Positions 38,703-48,593 of a stretch of 64,000 nt of DNA are shown here, piece after piece (positions within the stretch are counted from its first letter, which is position 1; every line of letters begins with the position of its first letter). Source of the stretch: Fibrobacteria bacterium (GTDB lineage Bacteria; Fibrobacterota; Fibrobacteria; UBA11236); NCBI GenBank assembly GCA_043745805.1, contig JAYTSD010000045.1:80505-144504 (forward strand), given 5' to 3'. The notes under the pieces were generated by a model. That model saw only the letters and a list, made by a program, of their open reading frames with translations, made no database searches and was not told where the DNA came from. The translations under genes and the position numbers were made by a program.

Positions 38703-40181
38703 ATGAAAAAAAATAGATCCTATTGGCTAAATAAATGGTTTTTCGCATTATCAATAGTTTTCACAAGCCAAGGTTTAAATTTTGCCGATTTACCACCGGA
38801 TTTTAAAGTGGAAACCATTGCCACTGGCATTAAACAACCCACATGCTTGGTGCATTTACCCGATGGTCGAATTTTCGTCAATGAACGCGGCGGTAACATA
38901 TTCGCAGTCGATCCGCTAACGAAAAAGCCCCCGTCCTTAGTTTATGGTTTTCCAGTTTCAGGGGGTGCGGAACAAGGTTTATTGAAAATGGTAATTGATC
39001 CACATTTTGCGGAAAATGGTTGGCTTTACGTTTACTATGCCACTCCCGATAATGACCATCATAACATTGATCGCTTAACCATAGGCAAAGATAATTCTGT
39101 TTCAGGTGTGATTAATATCACAAAACTACCGCAAATCACGGGCGGTCGTTTGCATAATGGATCGGCTATGGCTTTTGGTAAGGACGGAAATTTATATGTA
39201 GGTCGCGGCGAAGATCAAACCAACACTTGGGCTCCACTTTGGACTAGTCAACGTGGAAAGATTTTACGATTTACACCCGATGGCAAGCCCGCTCCAGGGA
39301 ATCCGCATTATAATGTGGTGGGTGCAAGTGATGAAGAGAAAAGTATTTGGGCGCGTGGCTTTCGCAATCCTTGGACTTTAACTTATGATCCGGCCAGTGG
39401 GCGTTTATTTGAAGGCGATGTCGGTAATTTGCATGAAGAAATTAATGATTTAACCGCTCCCGATTCCAGCAAAGATTTTTGGTATGGCTACGGTCCTAAT
39501 TATCCACCAGGCGATGGATCCGACCCAACTAAATTAGGGAATACTATTGATCCACTATACTATTACAATACGGGTTCAATTGGTTGCGCCGTTTTGGGCG
39601 AATTGCCCTTAACCTCGGCGGCTACGAAATGGCCTGAAGAGTATAAAAATCGCATTTATTTTGCCGATTTTTGCAGTGGTTGGATTCGGTCTCTGCCCAT
39701 GAAGCCCGCAGGTAAAGGGGTGGATGTCAACGATACCGTGACTAGTAAAATGAAAATTTTTGGTGACAAAGCTTTTTTTAACCCACTGGGATTATCGCAA
39801 GGGGTGGATGGAAATATGTACCTTGTAGGTTACGGTAGTGGGCAAGTTCTTAAAATATCGTATACCGGTGTGGTGGGCATTGAAAAACCTTTTGCCTCCT
39901 TAAAAGCCAATGGCCAAAGTACTTTTCTTAAAATCGCTATTGCTGCTGATTTAACATTTAATGTGACTGGGTTAACTAACAATGACAATTTGCTAGCGAG
40001 TTTTGTGATTCATGATATGCAAGGGAAAGAAATATTTCAACAAAGCGCGACTTTGCAACATGGAGAATTAGCTCTGAAAAATGTGCAAATCAATCATGGC
40101 GGTTTGGTTTTCTATCAAATCAGCTGGAATGAAGCGGGACAAATTCACCATACCCAAGGCCATTTAATGGTTTTGCCGTAA
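38703..40181 (+). CDS. PQQ-dependent sugar dehydrogenase (soluble glucose/sorbosone dehydrogenase-like beta-propeller) with a C-terminal T9SS-type sorting-domain-like tail
   Basis: Signal peptide. The sGDH-family blocks GLLKMVIDPHFAENGWLYVYY, RFTPDGKPAPGNP and GFRNPW are present. The last roughly 80 aa (FVIHDMQGKEIFQQ...GGLVFYQIS...GHLMVLP) resemble a Por-secretion C-terminal domain. Confidence 0.7.
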   Translation: MKKNRSYWLNKWFFALSIVFTSQGLNFADLPPDFKVETIATGIKQPTCLVHLPDGRIFVNERGGNIFAVDPLTKKPPSLVYGFPVSGGAEQGLLKMVIDPHFAENGWLYVYYATPDNDHHNIDRLTIGKDNSVSGVINITKLPQITGGRLHNGSAMAFGKDGNLYVGRGEDQTNTWAPLWTSQRGKILRFTPDGKPAPGNPHYNVVGASDEEKSIWARGFRNPWTLTYDPASGRLFEGDVGNLHEEINDLTAPDSSKDFWYGYGPNYPPGDGSDPTKLGNTIDPLYYYNTGSIGCAVLGELPLTSAATKWPEEYKNRIYFADFCSGWIRSLPMKPAGKGVDVNDTVTSKMKIFGDKAFFNPLGLSQGVDGNMYLVGYGSGQVLKISYTGVVGIEKPFASLKANGQSTFLKIAIAADLTFNVTGLTNNDNLLASFVIHDMQGKEIFQQSATLQHGELALKNVQINHGGLVFYQISWNEAGQIHHTQGHLMVLP

Positions 40182-40324
40182 ATTATTACTCAGAATCCTC
40201 TCCTGTCAAAAAAAGGTAAAGTTTTTTTCGACCTTTCCATGTGGGAATCTTGTCATCTTGGCTATATTAGCTCAGTCTTTTTTAGGACTTAACTCAAACC
40301 TGGAGGAAAGCCGTTAGGCTAAAT

Positions 40325-41689
40325 ATGGAAAAGAAAATCCGTACTCAATTATCAGTTATGATGTTTTTACAATTTTTTATATGGGGTGCTTGGTTCGTTA
40401 CTCTGGGACAATGTCTTGGCACAAATGGTTTGGCTGGAATTATCGGTGGTGCCTATGGAACCGCTCCTATCGCAGCAATCTTTGCTCCGCTTTTCTTAGG
40501 AATCGTTGCGGACCGCCTTTTCGCCTCCGAGAAAATAATGGGCGTTTTGCTATTGATTGGCGGTGCCTTAATGTGCATCGCTCCAAGTTTTGCAGCAGCT
40601 GGAAATGGTAATGCATTGGTTTGGATTTTTACTGGCCATATGCTTTGTTTCATGCCTACGCTTGCTCTTGGTAATAACATTGTTTTTGCCAATGTAGCCG
40701 ATCAAAATTCTTTCCCAAAAATAAGAGTATGGGGTACCATTGGTTGGATTGTAGCCGGCCTTGTGATTGGCTTTTTAGGATGGGGTTCGAGTTTTAACAT
40801 TTTCTGGATGGCGGGAATTTGCTCTATAGTTCTTGGCGCATATTGCTTTATGCTTCCTAATACACCAGCACCTGCCAAAGGCAAGCCAGTAAATCTTCGC
40901 GCACTTTTCATGGTAGATGCCTTTTCCTTAATGAAAAAGCCAGCTTTCTTGGTTTTCATTGTTTGCTCTACGCTTATCTGTATTCCTCTTGCTTACTATT
41001 ATGCACTTACCTCTAATTATCTCAGTAATGCTGGCTTTCTTGCTCCTGCTTCCAGTATGTCCATTGGACAAATGTCGGAAATTGGTTTCATGCTTTTGGT
41101 ACCTTTCTTCATGAGAAGAATGGGCGTTAAATACATGATTCTTTTTGGTATGCTCGCTTGGGTTGCCCGCTATGCATTGTTTGCTATGGGTGCACCTCAT
41201 CAAATTGCTTGGATGTTATTCGCTGGTATCGCGATGCATGGTATCTGCTATGACTTTTTCTTTGTAACAGGGTTTATGTACACCGATCGTATTTCCTCGA
41301 AGGATATTAAAGGCCAGTCCCAAAGTATGTTGGTTTTCTTCACTCAAGGAATCGGAATGTATTTTGGCTATATGGTCGCATTTGGTAAATTTGGATCCAT
41401 TGCAGATAAATACACTGCTTTAGATACTGCTATCAAAGCGGTACGTCCTGCTGAAACACTTTCATTTGTTCAGTCCTTTGCAAATATGTTTTCAGTAGAA
41501 AAACTCACAGTGGATGCAGAACTTGTGACTACCACTATGAATAGCTGGAAGGGCTTTTGGATTACTCCTGCCATAATGGCTGCAGTGATTGCAGTTATAT
41601 TCTTCCTTGGCTTTTGGGATAAAGAAAAAGTAGAAGTAGTGGAAAAAGCTAAGGCCGCAAAACCTGAAGCAGTAAGTTCCCGCGCTTAA
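40325..41689 (+). CDS. nucleoside:H+ symporter, NupG/XapB (NHS) family MFS permease
   Basis: Close pattern match to NupG: LSVMMFLQFFIWGAWFVTLG, LGIVADRLF and PKIRVWGTIGW. There are 12 TM segments. Confidence 0.8.
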   Translation: MEKKIRTQLSVMMFLQFFIWGAWFVTLGQCLGTNGLAGIIGGAYGTAPIAAIFAPLFLGIVADRLFASEKIMGVLLLIGGALMCIAPSFAAAGNGNALVWIFTGHMLCFMPTLALGNNIVFANVADQNSFPKIRVWGTIGWIVAGLVIGFLGWGSSFNIFWMAGICSIVLGAYCFMLPNTPAPAKGKPVNLRALFMVDAFSLMKKPAFLVFIVCSTLICIPLAYYYALTSNYLSNAGFLAPASSMSIGQMSEIGFMLLVPFFMRRMGVKYMILFGMLAWVARYALFAMGAPHQIAWMLFAGIAMHGICYDFFFVTGFMYTDRISSKDIKGQSQSMLVFFTQGIGMYFGYMVAFGKFGSIADKYTALDTAIKAVRPAETLSFVQSFANMFSVEKLTVDAELVTTTMNSWKGFWITPAIMAAVIAVIFFLGFWDKEKVEVVEKAKAAKPEAVSSRA

Positions 41690-41706
41690 TTCATTTTAAG
41701 CATGAA

Positions 41707-41741
41707 TAAAAAAAGGCCGCTGAAATCAGCGGCCTTTTTTT
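41707..41741. terminator. bidirectional terminator between convergent genes
   Basis: AAAAAAAGGCCGCTGA aa TCAGCGGCCTTTTTTT. Confidence 0.7.
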
Positions 41742-41756
41742 AGGATGATGATTTTT

Positions 41757-42383
41757 TTATTTAATGCCGAAGCGTTTCATCTCTTCAATAGAGGATACGC
41801 AAACATTTAAATCCTGTAATAAACCATTGGAAACACCGTATATCCAGCCATGCACGGCAATCTCCTGACCGCGTCGCCAAGCTTCTTGCACAACAGTAGT
41901 GTGACAAACATTATAAACTTGTTGGGTCACATTGAGTTCGCATAAACGATCAATGCGTTTATCTTCATTTTCAATATTACGCAATTCAGTTTCATTTTGT
42001 AAAAATACTTCACGAATATTGCGTAACCAATTATCAATGAGTCCATGCGGTTCATCGGTTATTGAAGCTTTCACGCCCCCACAACCATAATGTCCACAAA
42101 CAATTATATGCTTTACTTTTAAAATATCAATAGCGTATTGCATCACCGATAAACAGTTCATGTCCGTATGTATCACGAGATTAGAAACATTGCGATGCAC
42201 AAATAATTCACCAGGCAATAAACCCACAATTTCATTGGCGGGCACGCGGCTGTCGGAACAGCCTATCCACAGGTATTCTGGGGATTGCTGGGTTTTAAGT
42301 TTTTCAAAAAAGGTTTTATCCAATTCCAATATGGATTTGGCCCAATCTTTATTTTTATCGAAAAGATGTGAAAGTGTGTCCAA
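41757..42383 (-). CDS. beta-class carbonic anhydrase
   Basis: CSDSRV and HYGCGG zinc-ligand motifs. The protein is 208 aa. Confidence 0.85.
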   Translation of the reverse strand: MDTLSHLFDKNKDWAKSILELDKTFFEKLKTQQSPEYLWIGCSDSRVPANEIVGLLPGELFVHRNVSNLVIHTDMNCLSVMQYAIDILKVKHIIVCGHYGCGGVKASITDEPHGLIDNWLRNIREVFLQNETELRNIENEDKRIDRLCELNVTQQVYNVCHTTVVQEAWRRGQEIAVHGWIYGVSNGLLQDLNVCVSSIEEMKRFGIK

Positions 42384-42476
42384 TTTTACCTATGCTGAAT
42401 TTGAATTATATAAGTTTATTTTCAAGCTTAAAAATTAAGCCTGAAAATCATTAAGCGAAATATTTTGATAAGGCTT

Positions 42477-42893
42477 TTAACAAAATTTGTCGAAAGCTTG
42501 AATGACTTCCGCACCAATTTCTTCCGCGCTGCGACCGGTAATTTGATGACGTTCCAACATGAAAACCACATCGCCATCTTTGATCAAGGCAATTTGTGGG
42601 GAAGAGGGTTGATAGCCCACAAAGTAGGAGCGGGCTTTGGCGGTGGCTTGCGCATCATTTCCAGCAAAAACTGTGATGGATTTCTCAGGTAATTTGGAAT
42701 GGCCCATGGCCACCGAAATTCCTGGGCGGGCATTAGCAGCGGCACAACCACAAACTGAATTAACTACCACTAAAACTGGTCCTGTACTTTCGTTTAAAAC
42801 TTTTTCCACTTCATCAGGCGTACGAGTTTCTAAAATGCCCAAATCTGTTAGCTCGCGACGCATAGGCCCAATCATCATTTCATCGTACATCAT
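42477..42893 (-). CDS. bacilliredoxin-family protein (YphP/YqiW, DUF1094; BrxA/BrxB-like)
   Basis: Near-colinear match to B. subtilis YphP, including PMRRELT, VVVNSVCGCAA (the CGC redox motif), TVFAGNDAQATAKAR, PSSPQIAL and a C-terminal ...DKFC. Confidence 0.75.
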   Translation of the reverse strand: MMYDEMMIGPMRRELTDLGILETRTPDEVEKVLNESTGPVLVVVNSVCGCAAANARPGISVAMGHSKLPEKSITVFAGNDAQATAKARSYFVGYQPSSPQIALIKDGDVVFMLERHQITGRSAEEIGAEVIQAFDKFC

Positions 42894-43051
42894 AAATTTT
42901 TCCTCAGTTTTATTTCGATTTCTTTGATTTTATTTATACCGCAATTTAAAAAAAACTAACGGTCTCAAACACCCAAGCTATTTGCGGAAAGGAAAAACTT
43001 GGGTTAATTTCAGCTCGTATGGCATCCCATTGGAACTCGTTTAATTTTGAT

Positions 43052-44347
43052 TTATCGTGGAAAGGGCGAAAAGGAGGCTGTAGCTGCAAGGCAAGCCTCA
43101 ACTTGTCGTTCTTTGCGTTCATTTTTGCGCGCGACGACTGGGGGCAAAAGCCCAAAATTAAAATTCATAGGTTGAAAGTCGGGATTAGGGAAGGTTAAAT
43201 GTCTAGCTAAAGAGGCTAAACAACTGCCTTCTGGCCAAATAAATGGGGAATCATCCCGTAAGGTTGCCGCCATTTGCGAGGCGGCATAAAGGCCGGTTCC
43301 CAAAGCTTCGGTATAGCCTTCCGCTCCGGTGATTTGTCCGGCACAAAAAACCTTGGTATTAGGTATTTGCAATTTCTCATTCAAAGCTTGTGGTGAATTA
43401 ATAAAGGTATTGCGGTGCATTGCACCAAAGCGCACAAAGGATGCTTCGCGTAAAGCCGGTACTTTAGAAAAGATTTCTTTTTGGGTGCCCCAACGCAAAC
43501 GCGTTTGAAAACCTACCAAATTGTATAAAGTTTTTTCACGATTTTCAGCGCGCAATTGAATGACCGCATAGGGTAACTCGTTGGTTATAGGATGCATTAA
43601 CCCAATAGGACGCATGGGTCCAAAGCGCAAAGTTTCCACGCCGCGACGAGCCATTTCTTCCACCGGTAAACAGCCTTCAAAGAGTTCCCCTTTTTCAAAA
43701 GGCTTGGGCTCTACAGTGTCGGCAGCGCGTAAGGCTTCCACAAAATCGAAGTATTCGGCTTTATTCAAGGGACAATTAATAAAATCGAGGCTATCGCCTT
43801 TTTCCCACCGATTTTTAGCATAGGCTAATTCCATGTTCACGCTATCGATTTCGACCACGGGTGCAATGGAATCAAAAAAATACATGCGTTCGGCACCAAT
43901 TAATTTAAACAGCGATTGCGCTAAGGCATCGGAGCATAAAGGGCCTGGAGCCACTAGGGTATATTGATCGGGATCAATATCCATGGCTTCTTGACGAATA
44001 ACCTGTATGTTACTTCGTTCGCTTAAGGCTTTTTCCACCAAGTTGGAAAAAATATTTCGGTCGATCGCTAAGCTTTCACCCGCGGGCACACGCGCTGCAA
44101 AAGCAAGAGGTAACATTTTCGATCCTAAACGTGAAAGCTCTTCTTTCCATAAACCATGCGCCGAAGTCAATGCCAATCCTTTGAAAGAATTGGAGCAAAC
44201 TAATTCTGCCAGTTGGGATGTTTTATGCGCTGGCGTTTGCACTTCAGGACGCATTTCCCAAATCTCAATGGGATAGCCACAATCGGCCAATTGCAAAGCT
44301 GCTTCGCAGCCAGCAAGGCCGCCTCCAATGATACGAATGGGTTTCAT
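43052..44347 (-). CDS. trmFO: methylenetetrahydrofolate--tRNA-(uracil54-C5)-methyltransferase TrmFO
   Basis: MKPIRIIGGGLAGCEAALQLA FAD-binding start, a TrmFO/Gid-family body and a length of 431 aa. Confidence 0.85.
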   Translation of the reverse strand: MKPIRIIGGGLAGCEAALQLADCGYPIEIWEMRPEVQTPAHKTSQLAELVCSNSFKGLALTSAHGLWKEELSRLGSKMLPLAFAARVPAGESLAIDRNIFSNLVEKALSERSNIQVIRQEAMDIDPDQYTLVAPGPLCSDALAQSLFKLIGAERMYFFDSIAPVVEIDSVNMELAYAKNRWEKGDSLDFINCPLNKAEYFDFVEALRAADTVEPKPFEKGELFEGCLPVEEMARRGVETLRFGPMRPIGLMHPITNELPYAVIQLRAENREKTLYNLVGFQTRLRWGTQKEIFSKVPALREASFVRFGAMHRNTFINSPQALNEKLQIPNTKVFCAGQITGAEGYTEALGTGLYAASQMAATLRDDSPFIWPEGSCLASLARHLTFPNPDFQPMNFNFGLLPPVVARKNERKERQVEACLAATASFSPFPR

Positions 44348-44409
44348 GTTAGCCTAAAAAAAGAGGAATGAATAGCAAGAATGTTTAGGAATGTATAACG
44401 ATAATGTTT

Positions 44410-44862
44410 TTAATGAGACGATTGTAATCCTTGAGATTGCAAATGTTCGGAGAATAAACGCAAAATAATTTTTTTCAAATCTATTAACGTTACCGGTAAA
44501 GCAGGATGAAAAGCGCAATGCTCAATCACCTGTTCCATTTGCATCATGGAGAGAAGACCCATGGCATAAAGTTCTAATAAATAATTATAAGCTGGTAAGG
44601 AAATAAATTCCCGCTCCATGGGATGCAATACCCGCATGCGTAAGGGAAGTTTTTGATTTTGAACAGACTGTATATTCGCCCAAGAAATTAAAGCATCGGC
44701 ACTTTTTTTTCCTAAACCTTGCTGCGTTAAAGCTTGGGATAAATCTGCCCAACCCTTATTGCCTTTAGTGGAATAAGTATGACCATATTGTTCGGGTTGC
44801 ATCGCTTTCATATGAAAGACTAAAGCATCCAAAGCTTGCGAATTTAAGGAAGTTAATTCCAT
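44410..44862 (-). CDS. hypothetical protein
   Basis: 150-aa ORF with no recognisable family. Confidence 0.4.
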   Translation of the reverse strand: MELTSLNSQALDALVFHMKAMQPEQYGHTYSTKGNKGWADLSQALTQQGLGKKSADALISWANIQSVQNQKLPLRMRVLHPMEREFISLPAYNYLLELYAMGLLSMMQMEQVIEHCAFHPALPVTLIDLKKIILRLFSEHLQSQGLQSSH

Positions 44863-44866
44863 TCTA

Positions 44867-46513
44867 TTAATGCCTGAAATGTCTTGTACCTGTGAATATC
44901 ATGGACATACCAAATTTGTCCGCAGTGGCTATAACCTCGGCATCACGCAAAGAACCACCTGGTTGTACAATATAACGAATTCCGGCCTCATGCGCAGCTA
45001 TTACATTATCATCGAAAGGAAAAAAGGCATCGGAGGCCATCACACATTTGCTGAAAACTTCGGCGATGTATTTTTCCACGTCCAATCCATGCGTTTCGGC
45101 ATAGCGTTTGGCATTTTCGCGTACTCGAGGTTGGCAAAGGCGTAAATTGGAGTCAATGCGATTAGGCTGTCCGGGACCCATACCAATCAATTGAAATTGT
45201 CCTGGAGCATATTCAAATCCCATGGCAATAGCATTGGATTTAATGTGCTTACACGCTTTCCAAGTAAACAAGGCCAGCTTTTCCAAGGCTTCAGGCATTT
45301 TGGTTTGCGTGGCGGTTTCCCATTTTTCATTGAGCAATATATCGCGGTCTTGCACGAGCATGCCGCCCAAAATATGCTTATATACTTTACGGGGTAACGC
45401 GGCGGTTAAAGTGCCAATATCCAAGATGCGCAAGTCTTTACTTTTTTTCTGCAAATAATCAAGCGCATCGGCATCAAAGCCTGGCGCTAAAAGTAATTCC
45501 ACAAAGCGACCTTTAAGTTTTTCAGCAGTAGCCAAATCGACCTTACGTGTTACGGCTATAACAGAACCAAAAGCAGAAACCGGATCGCCTTCCCAAGCGG
45601 CTTCAAAAGCTTCGGCTAAAGTTTTACCGGTGGCATAACCACAAGGATTACAATGTTTAATAATCGCTACCGCAGGGACCTCATAAAGTTCGCGAACCAC
45701 TTCCAAAGCGGCATCCGCGTCCACCAAATTATTAAAGCTTAATTCTTTACCATGCAATTGTTTGGCGTTGCCTACATTGCTTTCTATGGAGTTATTGCCC
45801 AGATTTTTTTCTAAATAAAACACCGCTTTTTGATGATTATTTTCGCCATAGCGAAGTGTTTTTCCTTGATCAAAACTTAAACGTAAAGTGGGCTCACCAG
45901 AAAATTTAGGCGCGAGATATTCATCAATAGCGGAATCATAATCTGCCGTATGTTGAAAAACTTTCAAAGCCAATTTTTGGCGAAACTCCAAGCCAGAAAA
46001 GTTATCTGAATCATTATCCGAGGATTCATCCAAGGTGTTTAAAGACGCAATGATTTGAGGATAGTCGAGAGGATCACAAACCACGGCGACAAAGCGATAA
46101 TTTTTTGCAGCGGCACGTAACATGGTAGGGCCGCCAATATCAATGTTTTCAATCGCTTCGGCCAAAGGCACATTCGGCTTGGCCACAGTGGCCGAAAAAG
46201 GATATAGGTTTACTACTACTATATCAATAGTGTCAATTTGTTGTTCACGCAATGCGTCTTGATGGGATTTTTCATCACGAATGGCGAGAATTCCACCATG
46301 GATTTTTGGATGCAAAGTTTTTACTCGTCCATCCATAATTTCAGGAGCGCCTGTATACTCGGAAACGGCAATCGCGGGAATATTATTATCGCGTAAAAAC
46401 TTAAGTGTCCCACCGGTACTTAGGATGCGAATGTTTTTTTGTGCCAAAGCTTGGGCAAAGGGAAGTAATCCGGTTTTATCGGATACGCTGAGTAAGGCGG
46501 TTTTAAGGCTCAC
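44867..46513 (-). CDS. purH: bifunctional AICAR transformylase / IMP cyclohydrolase PurH
   Basis: The MGS-like N-terminus (ALLSVSDKTGL...ILSTGGT) and the AICARFT domain are both present. Confidence 0.9.
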   Translation of the reverse strand: MSLKTALLSVSDKTGLLPFAQALAQKNIRILSTGGTLKFLRDNNIPAIAVSEYTGAPEIMDGRVKTLHPKIHGGILAIRDEKSHQDALREQQIDTIDIVVVNLYPFSATVAKPNVPLAEAIENIDIGGPTMLRAAAKNYRFVAVVCDPLDYPQIIASLNTLDESSDNDSDNFSGLEFRQKLALKVFQHTADYDSAIDEYLAPKFSGEPTLRLSFDQGKTLRYGENNHQKAVFYLEKNLGNNSIESNVGNAKQLHGKELSFNNLVDADAALEVVRELYEVPAVAIIKHCNPCGYATGKTLAEAFEAAWEGDPVSAFGSVIAVTRKVDLATAEKLKGRFVELLLAPGFDADALDYLQKKSKDLRILDIGTLTAALPRKVYKHILGGMLVQDRDILLNEKWETATQTKMPEALEKLALFTWKACKHIKSNAIAMGFEYAPGQFQLIGMGPGQPNRIDSNLRLCQPRVRENAKRYAETHGLDVEKYIAEVFSKCVMASDAFFPFDDNVIAAHEAGIRYIVQPGGSLRDAEVIATADKFGMSMIFTGTRHFRH

Positions 46514-47399
46514 TGAAATCCTTTCCAGTTAAAAGTTTATAGGCTTCTAAATATTTAAGTCTTGTATTGTGAATCACCATTTCGGGTAATTTGGGACCGG
46601 GATAAGTTTTATCCCAAGTTAAAGTTTGCAAATAATCGCGTACATATTGTTTATCAAAACTTTTAGGCTCTTCGCCTTCACGATAATCCGTAGCCGGCCA
46701 AAAGCGTGAAGAGTCGGGCGTTAACACTTCATCGATTAAAATAATTTCGCCATCGACTTCTCCAAACTCAAATTTGGTGTCGGCTATTATTACACCTTTT
46801 GCGGCTGCGATATCGCGAGCCTTAGCATAGATTTCCAAAGTATATCGTTTTAGTTTTTCCGCATTAGTTTCGCCAATCATTTTTACCATGGTTGCGAAAT
46901 CAATATTTTCATCATGGCCAATATCATTCTTAGCTGCCGGCGTAAAAATGGGCGTTTCCAATTTTGCACTTTGCTTAAGATGAGCTGGTAATTTAATGCC
47001 ACATACAGAACCCGTTTGTAAATAATCTTTCCAACCAGAACCTGCGAGATACCCTCGTACTACGCATTCCACATCAAAGCGCCTAGCTTTTTTGACCAGC
47101 ATGGAACGACCTCGTAAATAGGCTTTATGTTTATGTAGGTCCGCAGGAAATTTGGAAACCTCGCTGGCGATGAAATGATTGGGGAAGCCTAATTGTTGAA
47201 ACCAATAAAGCGAAAGTTGCGTTAGTATGGCGCCTTTGTCGGGAATACGAGTCGGTAAAACCACATCAAAAGCGGAAAGTCTATCAGAGGCAACCATTAG
47301 GAGCTGATTTCCTAAGTCATACATATCACGGACTTTACCGCGAGAGAATAAAGGAAATTCAGTAATGGGAGTGGGGTCGGGTTCAAAACGCTTAATCAT
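46503..47399 (-). CDS. purC: phosphoribosylaminoimidazole-succinocarboxamide synthase PurC (long form)
   Basis: GKVRDMYD...LMVASDRLSAFD motifs. The start of purH overlaps this gene's 3' end, giving a purC-purH operon. Confidence 0.9.
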   Translation of the reverse strand: MIKRFEPDPTPITEFPLFSRGKVRDMYDLGNQLLMVASDRLSAFDVVLPTRIPDKGAILTQLSLYWFQQLGFPNHFIASEVSKFPADLHKHKAYLRGRSMLVKKARRFDVECVVRGYLAGSGWKDYLQTGSVCGIKLPAHLKQSAKLETPIFTPAAKNDIGHDENIDFATMVKMIGETNAEKLKRYTLEIYAKARDIAAAKGVIIADTKFEFGEVDGEIILIDEVLTPDSSRFWPATDYREGEEPKSFDKQYVRDYLQTLTWDKTYPGPKLPEMVIHNTRLKYLEAYKLLTGKDFSEP

Positions 47400-47576
47400 G
47401 CGACAAAGATAGTGTGAGACTAACCCACCGTCAATTTCACAAATGTGTAAAATAATGGCGACTAGATTCGGATTTCTTTACAGATTAGAGAAAATAGCGG
47501 CCAAATTTTGATAATTTTTAGGCATTTAATTTGCTCAATGTGGATTTAGGATAAAACATCTTAATAGGGAGAATTA

Positions 47577-48428
47577 ATGAAAACAAGTATTCTTGCTGGT
47601 ATTGTGCTGGCTGCAGGTATTTCTTTGGCATCAGCAACCGTGGTTACAAGTGGCGCAACTGCCGTCGACTTGGCAAATACCATTGTCGGAACAGGTATTT
47701 CCATCTCGGGAGCAGCTTATTCTGGTTCAGCTGCACAAAACGGAACATATACTGGTTCCACGGTTGAATCTCAAGGTCAATCTCTTTTAAGCACTGGAAT
47801 TGTTCTTTCCTCTGGAAGTGCAGCTACTTTAAATGGTACGTCAAATACGGTAACCAATAGCACTTTAGCAGTTAACGGAGCAGGCGATGCAAATTTAAAT
47901 AGCCTTATCCCAGGTTTTAGCACTTTTGATGCCGCTACCTTAGAATTTGATTTCATCGCTGCAGGTACCGGTACGGTTACCGCTTCTTTTTGGTATGTAT
48001 TTGGTTCAGAAGAATATAATGAATATGTAAACACAAGTTTTAATGATGTATTCGGCTTCTTCTTGGACGGATCGAATGTCGCTTTAATTCCGTCCACAAC
48101 GACTCCAGTATCCATTAATAATGTGAACGCAGGTTCGAATGCTACTTATTACAATAACAATAGCCCTGGTCCATTCGCAACTGAAATGGATGGTTTCACA
48201 AAGCCATTATTTGTTACCTTTACTGTTGCCGGTGGCTCAACTCATCATATGAAATTGGCTATTGCTGATGCAGGTGATACAGTTTTGGATTCATGGGTTA
48301 TGATTGGTGGCAATAGCTTTACCAATCAACCTCCAGTTGAAGCTGTACCAGAACCTACAACTCTAGCACTTTTTGCTGTAGGCTTAATCGGCTTTGCAGG
48401 AATCGCTCGTCGTCGCGGCTTAGTTTAG
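47577..48428 (+). CDS. PEP-CTERM sorting-domain secreted protein
   Basis: Signal peptide, a Thr/Ser/Gly-rich body and a C-terminal VPEPTTLALFAVGLIGFAGIARRRGLV, which is the canonical PEP motif plus TM helix plus Arg cluster. Confidence 0.8.
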   Translation: MKTSILAGIVLAAGISLASATVVTSGATAVDLANTIVGTGISISGAAYSGSAAQNGTYTGSTVESQGQSLLSTGIVLSSGSAATLNGTSNTVTNSTLAVNGAGDANLNSLIPGFSTFDAATLEFDFIAAGTGTVTASFWYVFGSEEYNEYVNTSFNDVFGFFLDGSNVALIPSTTTPVSINNVNAGSNATYYNNNSPGPFATEMDGFTKPLFVTFTVAGGSTHHMKLAIADAGDTVLDSWVMIGGNSFTNQPPVEAVPEPTTLALFAVGLIGFAGIARRRGLV

Positions 48429-48451
48429 TTCATTAATTAAAATTTGCTCTT

Positions 48452-48481
48452 AAAAAAGGGTCGCGCAAGCGGCCCTTTTTT
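48452..48481. terminator. terminator hairpin after the PEP-CTERM gene
   Basis: AAAAAAGGGTCGCGC aa GCGGCCCTTTTTT, with one G-U pair in the stem. Confidence 0.5.
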
Positions 48482-48593
48482 AATGGTCTTTTTTAAACTT
48501 TATTTTTTTAGGTAATGATACACGAGGATAAATAAATATAAGCAAATGAAACCATTGCAATTCCAGGCGCTTTAATTATATTGTCTTGCACGA

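Noticed and set aside
42946-43155. 69-aa ORF overlapping the trmFO 3' end
   Set aside because: It lies within and opposite the conserved TrmFO C-terminus and is a shadow ORF.
47400-47576. ZTP or purine riboswitch in the purC-purH leader
   Set aside because: I read the minus-strand leader and found no pfl/ZTP pseudoknot motif (GGGUCG...CCGGGCGG...) or purine-riboswitch junction, so nothing supports a riboswitch here.
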